Shown in pieces: positions 39,378 to 49,263 of a stretch of DNA of 64,000 bases. The position numbers and the translations under genes were made by a program. Below the pieces are notes generated by a model. It was not told the origin of the DNA and searched no databases. It saw nothing but the letters and a program-made list of their open reading frames with translations. Numbering within the stretch: position 1 is the stretch's first letter; every line of letters starts with the position of its first letter. Origin of the DNA: Minisyncoccota bacterium (lineage in GTDB: Bacteria; Patescibacteriota; Minisyncoccia; Phycocordibacterales; PALSA-1337); contig JBAZRG010000002.1 of NCBI GenBank assembly GCA_041663145.1, forward strand, positions 22,384 through 86,383. Reading direction: 5' to 3'.

Positions 39378-40199
39378 CTATTTGGTCGGTATCTCAATTG
39401 TGAAAGTTGTTCCTCGATTTATTCCAGGAGAACTGACTGTAATCTTTCCATGATGTTTCTTTACGATCGATCGGGCAAGGAATAGTCCAACACCGAAACC
39501 TTCTGTATCTATATTCTGGGCGTTTTTTGTGCGGTAGAATTTCGTGAATATCTTGTCTATGTCGGCGTGATCAATGCCGATACCATTGTCGACAATAACT
39601 ATTATGGCTGTATTCGATCTTTGTCCGATACTCACCTCAACATTTCTGCCTGGTGGAGTGTAATTGTGGGCATTTTCCAATATTGTTTGTAAGACAAATT
39701 CCATTCGAGGTCGATCGATTTTTGCGGTTAATTGCTGGATAGCACACTGAACTGAGAAGAACAAGTTTTTTTGATGGAATAAGTCTTTGTGCTGTTCGGC
39801 AATTGATTTTACAAAGGCACATATATCAGTAGTTTCGAAGTTATATGAAGATTTCGTTTCATTGTCGAGATTTGTCATTTCGATCAGTGTGCCGGTTAGA
39901 TTGATCAATTTTTCATTTGATTGCTTCAGATCTTTGAAATTTTCCAGACGTCGAACATCTTGTTCTTCAGCTACCATGCTTTCGATCAACCACTTGGCAG
40001 CTGTGAGTGGTGTTCGGAATTTGTGAGCGATGATCGTTATGAATTCGTATTTGAGCTTTTCGTTTTCATTGATCTTGATCCATATTCGAGAAATGATGAT
40101 ATAGAGTAGACTGACCACAATGACAGCCAACAGAGAGAGTCCGATCAAATTGCTTTCAAATATGGTCGAATCATCGATAAGTATTTTGAAATCCATCAT
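39378..40199 (-). CDS. Membrane-anchored sensor histidine kinase (HisKA + HATPase_c); no response regulator nearby
   Basis: H-box IIAHKFRTPL and G-boxes DNGIGI / GFGVGLFLARSIV. It has an N-terminal TM helix. It sits convergently after rplB. Confidence 0.8.
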   Translation of the reverse strand: MMDFKILIDDSTIFESNLIGLSLLAVIVVSLLYIIISRIWIKINENEKLKYEFITIIAHKFRTPLTAAKWLIESMVAEEQDVRRLENFKDLKQSNEKLINLTGTLIEMTNLDNETKSSYNFETTDICAFVKSIAEQHKDLFHQKNLFFSVQCAIQQLTAKIDRPRMEFVLQTILENAHNYTPPGRNVEVSIGQRSNTAIIVIVDNGIGIDHADIDKIFTKFYRTKNAQNIDTEGFGVGLFLARSIVKKHHGKITVSSPGINRGTTFTIEIPTK

Positions 40200-40268
40200 A
40201 GGTGCTTTGATTATAGCATTATGGGGATAAGGTGGTCATGCTATAATGTAGATAAATAAGTGTTCGAT

Positions 40269-41813
40269 ATGAAAAAAACTTTCAAATCTTATATAAAAAA
40301 GTGGCATATAGTAGTTCTGATCATATTTGTATTGATTGTAGTTGGATATGTATTTTTGAAAGGAGGTGATAGACCTATATTTGAGACGGCTCTGGTTACA
40401 ACGGGGGATATTATCCGAGAAGTTAGTGTAACAGGCAAGGTTTCGCCGATAGAAAGGGCACAATTATCTTTTGCCAAAGGGGGAATTGTTACGAAGATAG
40501 CCGTCAAGGTCGGTGATAAAGTAAAAAGAGGCGATATGATAGCCTCGCTAGATGATGCTGTGGACAAAGCCAATCTGGCGGCAGCTGAAGCAAAATTGGC
40601 TGATATTTCTCGCACTTTACGTCCGGAAGAATGGAAATTGGAACAATCAAAGGTTAATTCATCCAAAGTCGCTCTGGATAATTCAAAAAAAGATTCTGAG
40701 AATGCTTTTCGTGAAAGCTATAACACAGTCCAAAGCGCACTTATAAACTATACTGATCAGATTTTTGACAATCCACAAAGTATAAATCCGACAATAAAAG
40801 TTAGATTGTCTGGTACGACTCAGCAGTCGCGGATTAATGAACTTCGATTGAAGGTGACTGAGAATATGGCAAAATGGAAAGCTGATATAGATGCGATGAC
40901 AAGTGGAGTAGATCAAGACAACCTACTTTCAAAAGCTATGCAATATCTGGATGTAGATAAGATTTTTTTGAGTGAACTCTCTGCGATTGTGAATGGTTTG
41001 AACTCAGTCAATTCAGGATTGACGGAAGCTACTTTGGAAATATATATTTCGGATACAAATACAGCCATTTCATTGCAAAATCAAGCAATTACGGTAGTTA
41101 CCACGGCAGATTCGGCATTACGCAATGCTTCCTCGGCATATGTCGAAGCACAGAACAGTTCCTCGTTAAAAGTCGCCGGCTCATCTTCCGAATCCATAAA
41201 AGCTCAGGCTGCATCTGTTGCGGCCTATCGAGCAGAATTGTCTCGAAATCAGATCACAGCTTCGATAGATGGAATCATCACGCGAGTTGTGCCAAATGTG
41301 GGCGAATATGTTTCTCCTGGAATGACATTGTTCGATTTACAAAGCAGCGGAATATACAAGATCGAGGCCAATGTAGCAGAAGCGGACATAGCCAAGATTG
41401 CTATTGATGATACGGCTCAGGTGACTTTGGATGCATACGGACAAGATGTAATATTTGGAGCCAAATTGGTCCGGATAGACCCGGCTGAGACTGTCCTCGA
41501 GGGTGTTCCAACATATAAAGTCACACTATTTTTCGATGATGAAGATGAAAAGATCTTTTCGGGAATGACTGCTAATACGGATATTTTGACTGATAAGCGT
41601 AATGATGTGATGATGGTGCCTTCGCGTTCTATTCTCGAAGAGAAAGATGAGATTACAGGACAAGTTACAGGTCGATTTGTCAGAGTTATGAATCCAGACA
41701 ATCGTGATTTCACTAAAGTTCCAGTCACTGTAGGTCTCAAAGGATCATCTGGCACGACGGAGATCATTTCCGGTTTGAATATTGGTGATACGGTCGTGAC
41801 GTATGTGAAATAG
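40269..41813 (+). CDS. HlyD/MacA-family periplasmic adaptor (membrane fusion protein)
   Basis: N-terminal TM anchor, a long coiled-coil middle region and a C-terminal beta-barrel region. It is followed by ABC ATPase and FtsX-like permease genes. Confidence 0.7.
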   Translation: MKKTFKSYIKKWHIVVLIIFVLIVVGYVFLKGGDRPIFETALVTTGDIIREVSVTGKVSPIERAQLSFAKGGIVTKIAVKVGDKVKRGDMIASLDDAVDKANLAAAEAKLADISRTLRPEEWKLEQSKVNSSKVALDNSKKDSENAFRESYNTVQSALINYTDQIFDNPQSINPTIKVRLSGTTQQSRINELRLKVTENMAKWKADIDAMTSGVDQDNLLSKAMQYLDVDKIFLSELSAIVNGLNSVNSGLTEATLEIYISDTNTAISLQNQAITVVTTADSALRNASSAYVEAQNSSSLKVAGSSSESIKAQAASVAAYRAELSRNQITASIDGIITRVVPNVGEYVSPGMTLFDLQSSGIYKIEANVAEADIAKIAIDDTAQVTLDAYGQDVIFGAKLVRIDPAETVLEGVPTYKVTLFFDDEDEKIFSGMTANTDILTDKRNDVMMVPSRSILEEKDEITGQVTGRFVRVMNPDNRDFTKVPVTVGLKGSSGTTEIISGLNIGDTVVTYVK

Positions 41814-41864
41814 TTGGGTGGATGTTTCGTGTGAGGATTATACTTTCACATAATACGAGCCGAT

Positions 41865-42578
41865 ATGCAGAACATAATTGAAGTAAAAAATCTCAGTAAA
41901 TCTTATGATGATGGTACAGTCGCACTTAACGGAGTGACTTTTTCGGTTCGTAAAGGTGAATTTATGGCCATTATGGGTCCGTCAGGTAGTGGGAAATCCA
42001 CACTTTTGCATTTGCTTGGTCTCCTAGATATACCGACGAAGGGTTCATATCATCTGGATGGACACCCGATATCCTCATATTCCGATATAGATCTGGCCAG
42101 GATCAGAAATCACCATCTCGGTTTTGTCTTTCAATCATTCAATCTTCTGCCGAGGACTTCAGTTTTGGAAAATGTAAAATTACCTCTGTTTTATTCAACT
42201 GTTCCAGAAATAGAATGGGAAATGAAGGCAAAAAAAGCCGTAGAAGATGTTGGTCTCGGTCACAGAATGTTCCATGAACCGGCAGAACTTTCAGGTGGAG
42301 AAAAGCAACGTGTAGCAATAGCGCGAGCTCTGGTCAATGATCCAGATATAATATTTGCTGATGAGCCGACTGGTAATCTAGATTCGAAATCTGGCAAAAA
42401 TGTCATGGCAATCATTCAACATCTAAATGAAGAACACGGCAAAACCATTATCCTTATTACACATGAGACATCAACAGCCGAACATTCAGAAAGGATCATT
42501 CATCTCATAGATGGAGAGATAGATAGTGATCATAAAGTTAGAAATCGTCTGAAAACCACAGATCAGTATGTAAAATAA
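41865..42578 (+). CDS. ABC transporter ATP-binding protein (MacB/LolD-type)
   Basis: Walker [10 protein letters not shown], signature LSGGEKQR and Walker B IIFADEPT. Confidence 0.9.
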   Translation: MQNIIEVKNLSKSYDDGTVALNGVTFSVRKGEFMAIMGPSGSGKSTLLHLLGLLDIPTKGSYHLDGHPISSYSDIDLARIRNHHLGFVFQSFNLLPRTSVLENVKLPLFYSTVPEIEWEMKAKKAVEDVGLGHRMFHEPAELSGGEKQRVAIARALVNDPDIIFADEPTGNLDSKSGKNVMAIIQHLNEEHGKTIILITHETSTAEHSERIIHLIDGEIDSDHKVRNRLKTTDQYVK

Positions 42579-42583
42579 ATATC

Positions 42584-43819
42584 ATGACCTGGAAACATAT
42601 TATCAAGACTTCTCTGACCGGACTCTCGACGAATAGATCGAGATCTTTTCTGACTATACTGGGAATAGTGATAGGTATTACATCGATAATGCTGGTGGTT
42701 TCTCTAGGTGCTGGAGCTCAAAATCTGATACTCGGTCAGATCCAAGGACTCGGTTCGAATACTCTGACTGTACACGCCGGCAGGGAACCATCGGGTCCAT
42801 CGGACGTATCTTTTCTATATAGCGATTCTTTGAAGGAAAAAGATGTTATTGCCCTCAAGAATAAAACAAATGTTCCCGGTTTAAAATCCATAATGCCCTC
42901 GGTTTTCGGCGCTGTTACTGTTTCATACGGTTCAAACTCATATCAAACATCAATATTTGGTTGTACTGATTTGGTTGTGGATATCATGGATCTCAATCCT
43001 ATTGGAGAATTTTTCACCGAACAAGACGTTTCTTCGAGAAGCGATACGGTTGTTCTAGGTTCAAAAGTGGTTGAGCACATATTCGATAATGAAGATCCTA
43101 TCGGACAAAAGGTCAAGATTAAGGGTCGGAATTTCAAAGTAATTGGCACGTTGCCGGCTTCTGGTGGAGGATCGATATTTAATTTTGACGATATGGTTCT
43201 AGTACCATATACAACTGCTCAGTATTATATTCTCGGTCAGAAACATTTTAGCGAAATCATCATGCAGGCGGTTTCTGATATTGCAGTTCCATCTACAGCT
43301 GAAGATATCAAAACAACCCTACGCGAATCTCATGGTATTACAGATCCAACTAAAGATGATTTCAACGTCAGCACTCAACAAGATCTAGCAAAGAGACTAG
43401 GTACTATCACTAGTATTTTGACTTATTTCCTAGTGGCTGTGGCTTCGATCGCTCTATTTGTAGGAGGTGTAGGCATCATGAACATCATGCTTGTTGCTGT
43501 TACAGAACGCACTCGAGAGATAGGTCTTCGAAAGGCCTTGGGTGCAACGAATAAAGATATATTGTCACAATTTTTGATTGAAGCTATATGTCTCACGGTA
43601 ATGGGCGGTATCATTGGAATATTTCTAGGTTCAGTATTGGCTTTTGCTATTTCCTTTGGGCTTTCGAAAGGTTTAGGTGTTGATTGGCAATATATATTCC
43701 CCTGGAGTGGGGCAATGCTAGGTTTTGGTGTATCAGCTCTGATCGGTCTCATTTTCGGCGGATATCCAGCTAGTCAGGCATCAAAGAAGAGTCCGATAGA
43801 GGCGTTGAGGTATGAGTAG
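42584..43819 (+). CDS. ABC transporter permease, FtsX-like (MacB-type)
   Basis: 411 aa with an N-terminal TM helix, a large periplasmic domain and a C-terminal 3-TM FtsX domain. Confidence 0.85.
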   Translation: MTWKHIIKTSLTGLSTNRSRSFLTILGIVIGITSIMLVVSLGAGAQNLILGQIQGLGSNTLTVHAGREPSGPSDVSFLYSDSLKEKDVIALKNKTNVPGLKSIMPSVFGAVTVSYGSNSYQTSIFGCTDLVVDIMDLNPIGEFFTEQDVSSRSDTVVLGSKVVEHIFDNEDPIGQKVKIKGRNFKVIGTLPASGGGSIFNFDDMVLVPYTTAQYYILGQKHFSEIIMQAVSDIAVPSTAEDIKTTLRESHGITDPTKDDFNVSTQQDLAKRLGTITSILTYFLVAVASIALFVGGVGIMNIMLVAVTERTREIGLRKALGATNKDILSQFLIEAICLTVMGGIIGIFLGSVLAFAISFGLSKGLGVDWQYIFPWSGAMLGFGVSALIGLIFGGYPASQASKKSPIEALRYE

Positions 43820-43858
43820 ATTCGCTCTGATTTGAATAGATTTATAACGTAACCCCCC

Positions 43859-44007
43859 TTGCATCCTCGTTTTTCATCCTCGAACTCTACTCACAATATA
43901 CCAACATTTTCACAAAGGATGCGTTACAAGGATTCGCGCATCCTTTGGAAAATGTATTGGTATATTGTTTCGCAGATTATTCTCGGAAGAAAAACGAGGA
44001 TGCAAGG
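43859..44007. repeat. Nested palindromic structure: an 18-bp perfect outer inverted repeat enclosing a ~70-nt imperfect hairpin
   Basis: cttgcatcctcgtttttc at 43859-43876 is the reverse complement of 43990-44007. The inner acaatataccaacattttcacaaaggatgcg pairs with cgcatcctttggaaaatgtattggtatattgt. Confidence 0.6.
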
Positions 44008-44068
44008 AGTGTTACGTAAAATCTTCATATTCACGTCCATGACTACTTTTGTAAAATTTCAGCTCCTC

Positions 44069-44220
44069 GAGCTCGGTGAATATTGTTCGGAAACGACTCG
44101 CAATGCGATTTGAACCCCGAACAAATTGCCCATATCTGAGTAGTTCCATCTACTCAAATATGGATGCAATTTGGAGTGGGTGACCTTGCGTGTCGTTTCC
44201 GAACAATGTTCACCGAGCTC
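44069..44220. repeat. Element A copy 2 (outer 35-bp inverted repeat plus conserved core)
   Basis: gagctcggtgaatattgttcggaaacgactcgcaa (44069-44103) is the reverse complement of 44186-44220. The core at 44104-44185 matches the 3067-3149 core at most positions. The variable stem segment differs from copy 1 but stays self-complementary. Confidence 0.75.
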
Positions 44221-44297
44221 TTTCTTTTCTTGACTTCAAAGTGTGGCTCTGTTAACATGCAACGACTGCTCCGCGGAGCTGTTTTAGTTAATCTTAC

Positions 44298-44648
44298 ATG
44301 TCAAGATCACTCAAGAAAGGTCCATATGTCGACGAAAATCTTATCAAAAAGATTTCGGGTAAAAAGCCGGCTCAAACTGGTACTATAAAAACATGGGCAC
44401 GTCGTTCTCAAATCTCACCTGAAATGGTGGGCTTTACTTTTGGTGTTCACAATGGACGCAATCATCTAGATGTATTTGTAACCGAGGACATGGTAGGACA
44501 CCGCCTCGGTGAATTTTCGCCTACAAAGAAATTCATCCGACATGGAGGTAAGATGCAAAAGGAGATCGAACTCAAGGCTAAAGAAGCAGAGATGGCCGCA
44601 GCCAAATCCGCCAAGGAAGCCGCTACAACAGCAGCTACAAAGAAATAA
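44298..44648 (+). CDS. rpsS: 30S ribosomal protein S19 with a Lys/Ala-rich C-terminal extension
   Basis: [15 protein letters not shown]..., [12 protein letters not shown]..., HRLGEF. Confidence 0.95.
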   Translation: MSRSLKKGPYVDENLIKKISGKKPAQTGTIKTWARRSQISPEMVGFTFGVHNGRNHLDVFVTEDMVGHRLGEFSPTKKFIRHGGKMQKEIELKAKEAEMAAAKSAKEAATTAATKK

Positions 44649-44657
44649 TCCACTGCC

Positions 44658-45086
44658 ATGATTACCGCTTCACTCAAAAATTTCCGAATATCACCACGAA
44701 AAGTCCGTCTAGTTGCCAATATGATCCGCGGTAAAGGCGTAGCCGATGCTCAAAATATTTTAAATACAGTCATCAAGAAAGCTGGTAGTCCACTCGGCGA
44801 TTTGTTAAATTCCGCCGTGGCAAATGCTTCACATAACTATCAGATCGAAAAGAGCGCGCTTTTCGTAAAAGAGATCCGTGTCGATCAGGGATATGTTATG
44901 AAGCGTTCGATGCCTGTTTCCCGAGGTTCAGCCCATCCTATTATGAAGAGAACAAGCCATGTCAGCATCACTCTGGCACCGATCATCGCAAAGGGTGCAA
45001 AGAGTACGAAGTCTGAGAAGGCAGTAGAGGAGAAGCCAGTTATAGAAAAAGCAAAAGTAGCCAAAAAGAAAACAACCAAGAAATAA
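44658..45086 (+). CDS. rplV: 50S ribosomal protein L22
   Basis: 142 aa with an L22 core and a K-rich C-terminal tail; operon position. Confidence 0.85.
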   Translation: MITASLKNFRISPRKVRLVANMIRGKGVADAQNILNTVIKKAGSPLGDLLNSAVANASHNYQIEKSALFVKEIRVDQGYVMKRSMPVSRGSAHPIMKRTSHVSITLAPIIAKGAKSTKSEKAVEEKPVIEKAKVAKKKTTKK

Positions 45087-45092
45087 ACTAAC

Positions 45093-45761
45093 ATGTCACA
45101 TACCGTACACCCTTATTCACATAGACTTGGAATTATCCGCGATTGGAAGAGTCGCTGGTTTCTTTCTCATAAGAATTACCGATCCGCTCTGAAAGGGGAT
45201 CTTTTGATTCGTGAATTTTTGATAGAACAATTGCGGGCAAACTATCTAGGAGGCATAGATATCGAAAGAAATCAAAAGACTTTGCGCGTAGTCATCAAGA
45301 CATCTCGTCCAGGTCTACTCATCGGCAAGGCTGGTGATGGTGTCGTGAAGCTTCGCGAAAAGATCCTGAAATTGCTCCGAGTCAATAAAGTCGAGCTCAA
45401 TGGTCAGGAACTCAAAGTTGATATCGAAGAGATTCGAAATCCAGAGTCAAATGCCGCTATTGCAGCCATGATGGTTGCTGAATCACTCGAGAAACGTCTA
45501 CCATTCCGCCGAGTTCTAAAGCAGACTGTCGAAAAAGTCATGGCAAATAGAGAAGTTCAAGGTATCCGTATATATTTGGGAGGTCGTCTAGGTGGAGCTG
45601 AAATAGCCCGTTCAGAACAACTCAAAAAGGGTCGAATACCACTACAGACTTTGCGTGCCGACATTGATTTTGCTCGAGAGAAAGCCCATATGACATATGG
45701 AGATATTGGTATAAAGGTTTGGATATACAAAGGAGAGATTTTCAAAAAAGATCAGAAATAA
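45093..45761 (+). CDS. rpsC: 30S ribosomal protein S3
   Basis: 222 aa with a KH-domain region (LLIGKAGDGV...). Confidence 0.9.
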   Translation: MSHTVHPYSHRLGIIRDWKSRWFLSHKNYRSALKGDLLIREFLIEQLRANYLGGIDIERNQKTLRVVIKTSRPGLLIGKAGDGVVKLREKILKLLRVNKVELNGQELKVDIEEIRNPESNAAIAAMMVAESLEKRLPFRRVLKQTVEKVMANREVQGIRIYLGGRLGGAEIARSEQLKKGRIPLQTLRADIDFAREKAHMTYGDIGIKVWIYKGEIFKKDQK

Positions 45762-45795
45762 TACGCAATTCAATTTTTCATTTTAAATTACCAAC

Positions 45796-46221
45796 ATGTT
45801 ATTCCCAAAAAAAGTAAAACATCGCAAATGGTTCACCATGCGTACGCATCCAGACAAGGAGGCGTCTCATGCTGATACCCGAGGTGTTCATATTGCTTTT
45901 GGTTCATATGGACTCAAGGCCACCAAGTATGCCCGAATAACATCAAATCAGATAGAAGCCGCTCGAAAAGTTATGGCCCGTTATGCTACGAAGTCCGGTA
46001 AAGTTTGGATTCGTATTTTTCCAGATCATCCTTTCACACAAAAGCCTGCTGAAGTAAAAATGGGTAAAGGAAAAGGAGATCCAGTAGGATATATCGCCGA
46101 AGTAAAGCCAGGTCGTATCATGTTCGAGATCGATGGAGTAGAGCCACTCGTAGCCGCTGAAGCTTTGCGTAAGGCTGGTACAAAACTACCGGTCAAATGT
46201 AAAGTAGTCAGCCGAAACTAA
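45796..46221 (+). CDS. rplP: 50S ribosomal protein L16
   Basis: 141 aa with L16 conserved segments. Confidence 0.9.
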   Translation: MLFPKKVKHRKWFTMRTHPDKEASHADTRGVHIAFGSYGLKATKYARITSNQIEAARKVMARYATKSGKVWIRIFPDHPFTQKPAEVKMGKGKGDPVGYIAEVKPGRIMFEIDGVEPLVAAEALRKAGTKLPVKCKVVSRN

Positions 46222-46235
46222 TACACCATACCAAT

Positions 46236-46421
46236 ATGAAAATGAAGGATATAACAAATAAGACAGAAGGAGATCTAGCAAGGATGCTTGTAGAAAAGAA
46301 CGAAGCTCTCCGAGTATTTCGTTTTGGGGGTGCTGGAGCCAAGAGCAAAAATGTCAAAGAAGGCCGAATGATCAGAAAGGACATTGCTCGTATAAAAACA
46401 TTTCAAAATAGCAAATCCTAG
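46236..46421 (+). CDS. rpmC: 50S ribosomal protein L29
   Basis: 61 aa; operon position between L16 and S17. Confidence 0.75.
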   Translation: MKMKDITNKTEGDLARMLVEKNEALRVFRFGGAGAKSKNVKEGRMIRKDIARIKTFQNSKS

Positions 46422-46457
46422 ACAAAACATCACTGATAACGTAATATCACAATTCAC

Positions 46458-46715
46458 ATGAAGACCACCGAAACAACTGAAAAGAATGGAAAACGACAAG
46501 TTTTTGTCGGTGTTGTTGTCTCTGACAAAATGAAAGATACGGTTGTTGTCGAAGTCAAACGTTATGTTAAGCATGAGAAGTATCACAAGTTCCAGACAAA
46601 GAAGACCAAACTCATGGCCCACGATGCTGGCAATACAAAGAAGATAGGGGATAGTGCCACCATCGAAGCTTGCAGGCCATTATCAAAGCATAAAAATTTC
46701 AAAGTAATCGCATAG
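46458..46715 (+). CDS. rpsQ: 30S ribosomal protein S17
   Basis: GVVVSDKMKDTVVVEV.R...H.KY. Confidence 0.9.
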   Translation: MKTTETTEKNGKRQVFVGVVVSDKMKDTVVVEVKRYVKHEKYHKFQTKKTKLMAHDAGNTKKIGDSATIEACRPLSKHKNFKVIA

Positions 46716-46741
46716 TTTTCTTTTTACATTAATCCAAACCC

Positions 46742-47113
46742 ATGATTCAGCCTCGAACAATTGTGAAAATAGCCGATAACTCAGGAGCCAAAATAGGCCG
46801 TATTTTCAAAGTGCTCGGCGCAACCAGAAAGCGCTATGCTGAATTGGGCGAAGTAGTAGTTTTGTCAGTTCAGAAAGCCGAACCTAGAAAGGCAATAAAA
46901 AAGAAAGATGTTTTGCATGCGGTAGTAGTGAGACAAACAAAAGCTACCAGACGCAAAGATGGTTCGTATATTCGTTTTGATGAAAATGCAGTTGTGATTA
47001 TCGAAAAAGATAAGAAAGAGCCGATAGCCGGACGTATTTTCGGTCCTATACCTCGTGAAGTCGGTGAGGCAGGATTCAAAACCATAGCTTCGAGAGCACC
47101 TGAAATAGTCTAA
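46742..47113 (+). CDS. rplN: 50S ribosomal protein L14
   Basis: [17 protein letters not shown]... Confidence 0.95.
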   Translation: MIQPRTIVKIADNSGAKIGRIFKVLGATRKRYAELGEVVVLSVQKAEPRKAIKKKDVLHAVVVRQTKATRRKDGSYIRFDENAVVIIEKDKKEPIAGRIFGPIPREVGEAGFKTIASRAPEIV

Positions 47114-47123
47114 TTTCAAATAT

Positions 47124-47348
47124 ATGAATATGCATGTAAAAAAAGGAGATACGGTAACTATACTTTCAGGTGATGATAAGGGTAAATCCGGCAAAGTCAT
47201 CAAGGCCTTTCCTAAGGAAAATAAGATCGTCGTCGAAGGTATGAATACAGTAAAGAAACACGAGCGTCCAAGGAAACAAGGACAGAAAGGTCAGACTGTT
47301 GTTCGACCAATGCCAATGAATGCTTCAAAGGTCACCAAGAAATCATAA
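47124..47348 (+). CDS. rplX: 50S ribosomal protein L24 (short form)
   Basis: [22 protein letters not shown]... (KOW motif). Confidence 0.85.
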   Translation: MNMHVKKGDTVTILSGDDKGKSGKVIKAFPKENKIVVEGMNTVKKHERPRKQGQKGQTVVRPMPMNASKVTKKS

Positions 47349-47353
47349 ATACC

Positions 47354-47896
47354 ATGTCTTACAAATCAGTACAAGAACTCAATAATGAATCTTACAAAGT
47401 CCTAAAGGAAACTTTGGCTTTGAAGAATCCGATGCAAACTCCAAGATTGCTCAAGGTTGTCGTATCTTGTGGTTTTGGTTCTACAAAGGATAAAAAGAAG
47501 ATCGAGCTCATCGCTGATAGACTAGCTCGCATCACTGGCCAGAAACCTGCAGTTCGTGCCACAAAGAAAGCTATCGCTACCTTCAAGACTCGCGTAGGTG
47601 ACCCTATAGGTTATCAGGTCACTCTTCGTGGCAAGAGAATGTATGAATTCATGGATCGTCTCATACACGTCGCTCTGCCTCGTACCAAGGACTTCCGTGG
47701 TCTCTCTCGAACATCAGTGGATGCCATGGGCAATTACACTATGGGTATAAAGGAGCACACTATCTTTGCCGAAACTTCCGATGAAGATCTCAAAGATGTT
47801 TTCGGTTTTGCCATAACTATCGTCACAACTTCTAGTGATAAAAAAGCAACATTGGCTTTTCTAGAACATATCGGTATGCCTTTGAAGAGGGATTAG
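47354..47896 (+). CDS. rplE: 50S ribosomal protein L5
   Basis: 180 aa with L5 conserved segments. Confidence 0.9.
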   Translation: MSYKSVQELNNESYKVLKETLALKNPMQTPRLLKVVVSCGFGSTKDKKKIELIADRLARITGQKPAVRATKKAIATFKTRVGDPIGYQVTLRGKRMYEFMDRLIHVALPRTKDFRGLSRTSVDAMGNYTMGIKEHTIFAETSDEDLKDVFGFAITIVTTSSDKKATLAFLEHIGMPLKRD

Positions 47897-47944
47897 TTAG
47901 AAATCATCGTAAGTGCTAGACTTATACCAGAAGAAAAGGAGAAC

Positions 47945-48361
47945 ATGATGATAAAGTTCCTGCTCATATTAGCGGTGATACCGTTCATATTCGTAACTCC
48001 CGACAATTCATTCGCAGGGGAGACGAATACTCTAAGCAAGTCTTTTGTCGCCATAAAGGCGCCTAAGCTTAATATTGGGACAAACGACACTACGGTCACC
48101 AAGGTCAAATGGAGCATCGAAACGACAGAATCAAAAGATGTCTTCAGATTACCTTTGGAAGACAGAATGGATTTCGATTCCTATACGGAGTTCTCTGGAG
48201 CAAAGAATGGTCGGGACATCTGGAATTGGAGACTCATCAGAGTAACCAAAAGATCCGGTATCGGACCGTTTGTTTCGGCTGACTATCCAGTCACAATGAC
48301 TGGTCCCAATAGGGATACCCTTTCGACAGGAATTGCTTTTGGTGCGATAATAGGTAGATAA
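47945..48361 (+). CDS. Small secreted protein of unknown function inserted between rplE and rpsZ
   Basis: 138 aa with a signal peptide MMIKFLLILAVIPFIFVTPDNSFA. An RBS aaggagaac lies upstream. It is followed by a strong terminator. Confidence 0.5.
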   Translation: MMIKFLLILAVIPFIFVTPDNSFAGETNTLSKSFVAIKAPKLNIGTNDTTVTKVKWSIETTESKDVFRLPLEDRMDFDSYTEFSGAKNGRDIWNWRLIRVTKRSGIGPFVSADYPVTMTGPNRDTLSTGIAFGAIIGR

Positions 48362-48387
48362 GCTAGTTTCATAACTGCGTGTCTGCA

Positions 48388-48428
48388 AGGCCTCCATATT
48401 CAGTTATGGAGGCCCCTTTCGTATTTTT
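48388..48428 (+). terminator. Rho-independent terminator (ggcctccata / tatggaggcc stem plus T-run)
   Basis: A 10-bp perfect GC-rich stem with loop ttcagt, followed by cctttcgtattttt. Confidence 0.75.
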
Positions 48429-48469
48429 GAGATATGGACTTTCGGCAATAGTTTTAATGAGCTCAAAAA

Positions 48470-48498
48470 TTTGACGTCCGCTTCGCATTCTGCTAGTA
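48470..48498 (+). promoter_or_regulatory. Candidate sigma70-like promoter restarting the spc operon (TTGACG, 17 nt, TAGTAT)
   Basis: ttgacgtccgcttcgcattctgctagtat lies about 125 nt upstream of rpsZ. Confidence 0.4.
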
Positions 48499-48623
48499 TC
48501 CTAATTACCTCCAAATACCCTGTATCTTGAGGAAATATAGATTGGAAGCACGTTCCTTCGAGGAAAAGCTAACCAATCTCATTTAATTTGATAAAATAGT
48601 GCGACTTCGCTCACCATAAATAA

Positions 48624-48809
48624 ATGGCAAAAACATCAGTAATAGCTAGATCAAAGAAGACACCGAAGTTCAAATCTCGGGTTGTAAGACGTTGTTTCCG
48701 TTGCGGTAGAAAGCACGGATACATGAGAGACTTCGATCTTTGCCGTATTTGTTTCCGTGAATTCGCAAATGACGGAGCAATTCCAGGTATCAAGAAATCG
48801 TCTTGGTAA
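48624..48809 (+). CDS. rpsZ: 30S ribosomal protein S14 type Z (zinc-binding)
   Basis: 61 aa with the CxxC...CxxC motif ([25 protein letters not shown]). Confidence 0.95.
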   Translation: MAKTSVIARSKKTPKFKSRVVRRCFRCGRKHGYMRDFDLCRICFREFANDGAIPGIKKSSW

Positions 48810-48839
48810 TCATTCAAATCATTTTTCATATCAAACATC

Positions 48840-49232
48840 ATGACCACCGACCCAGTATCAGATTTCATAACAAGATTGCAGAATGCTAGCAATGCACGTA
48901 AGGCTTCTGTCATTGTTTCGTATTCGAAGTTTGCCGACAGCATCGCTCATGCCTTGAAGAAGGCCGGTTATGTCGAGTCTGTACAAAAGGACGGTAAGCC
49001 ATTTTCAAGAGAGTTGTCGATCGGACTCGTATACTTCACGACTGGTCCACGTATAAATGGAGTCGAGAGAGTTTCGAAGCCATCACGACGTGTATATCAG
49101 AAGTCGAGCGATATCCGAACTTTTCGAAGCGGATTTGGAAATACATTTTTGTCGACACCAAAAGGAGTCCTTATAGATCAGGATGCAAAGAAATTCAAGG
49201 TCGGTGGAGAAGTGCTCTTCAAGATCTGGTAA
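48840..49232 (+). CDS. rpsH: 30S ribosomal protein S8
   Basis: MTTDPVSDFITRLQNA... Confidence 0.9.
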   Translation: MTTDPVSDFITRLQNASNARKASVIVSYSKFADSIAHALKKAGYVESVQKDGKPFSRELSIGLVYFTTGPRINGVERVSKPSRRVYQKSSDIRTFRSGFGNTFLSTPKGVLIDQDAKKFKVGGEVLFKIW

Positions 49233-49263
49233 TACAACGATTTTCAATACTTAAACAAATACA

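Noticed and set aside
43859-44113. 84-aa ORF upstream of rpsS
   Set aside because: It spans a nested perfect palindrome and the left arm of Element A. Its coding frame is an artefact of the repeats.
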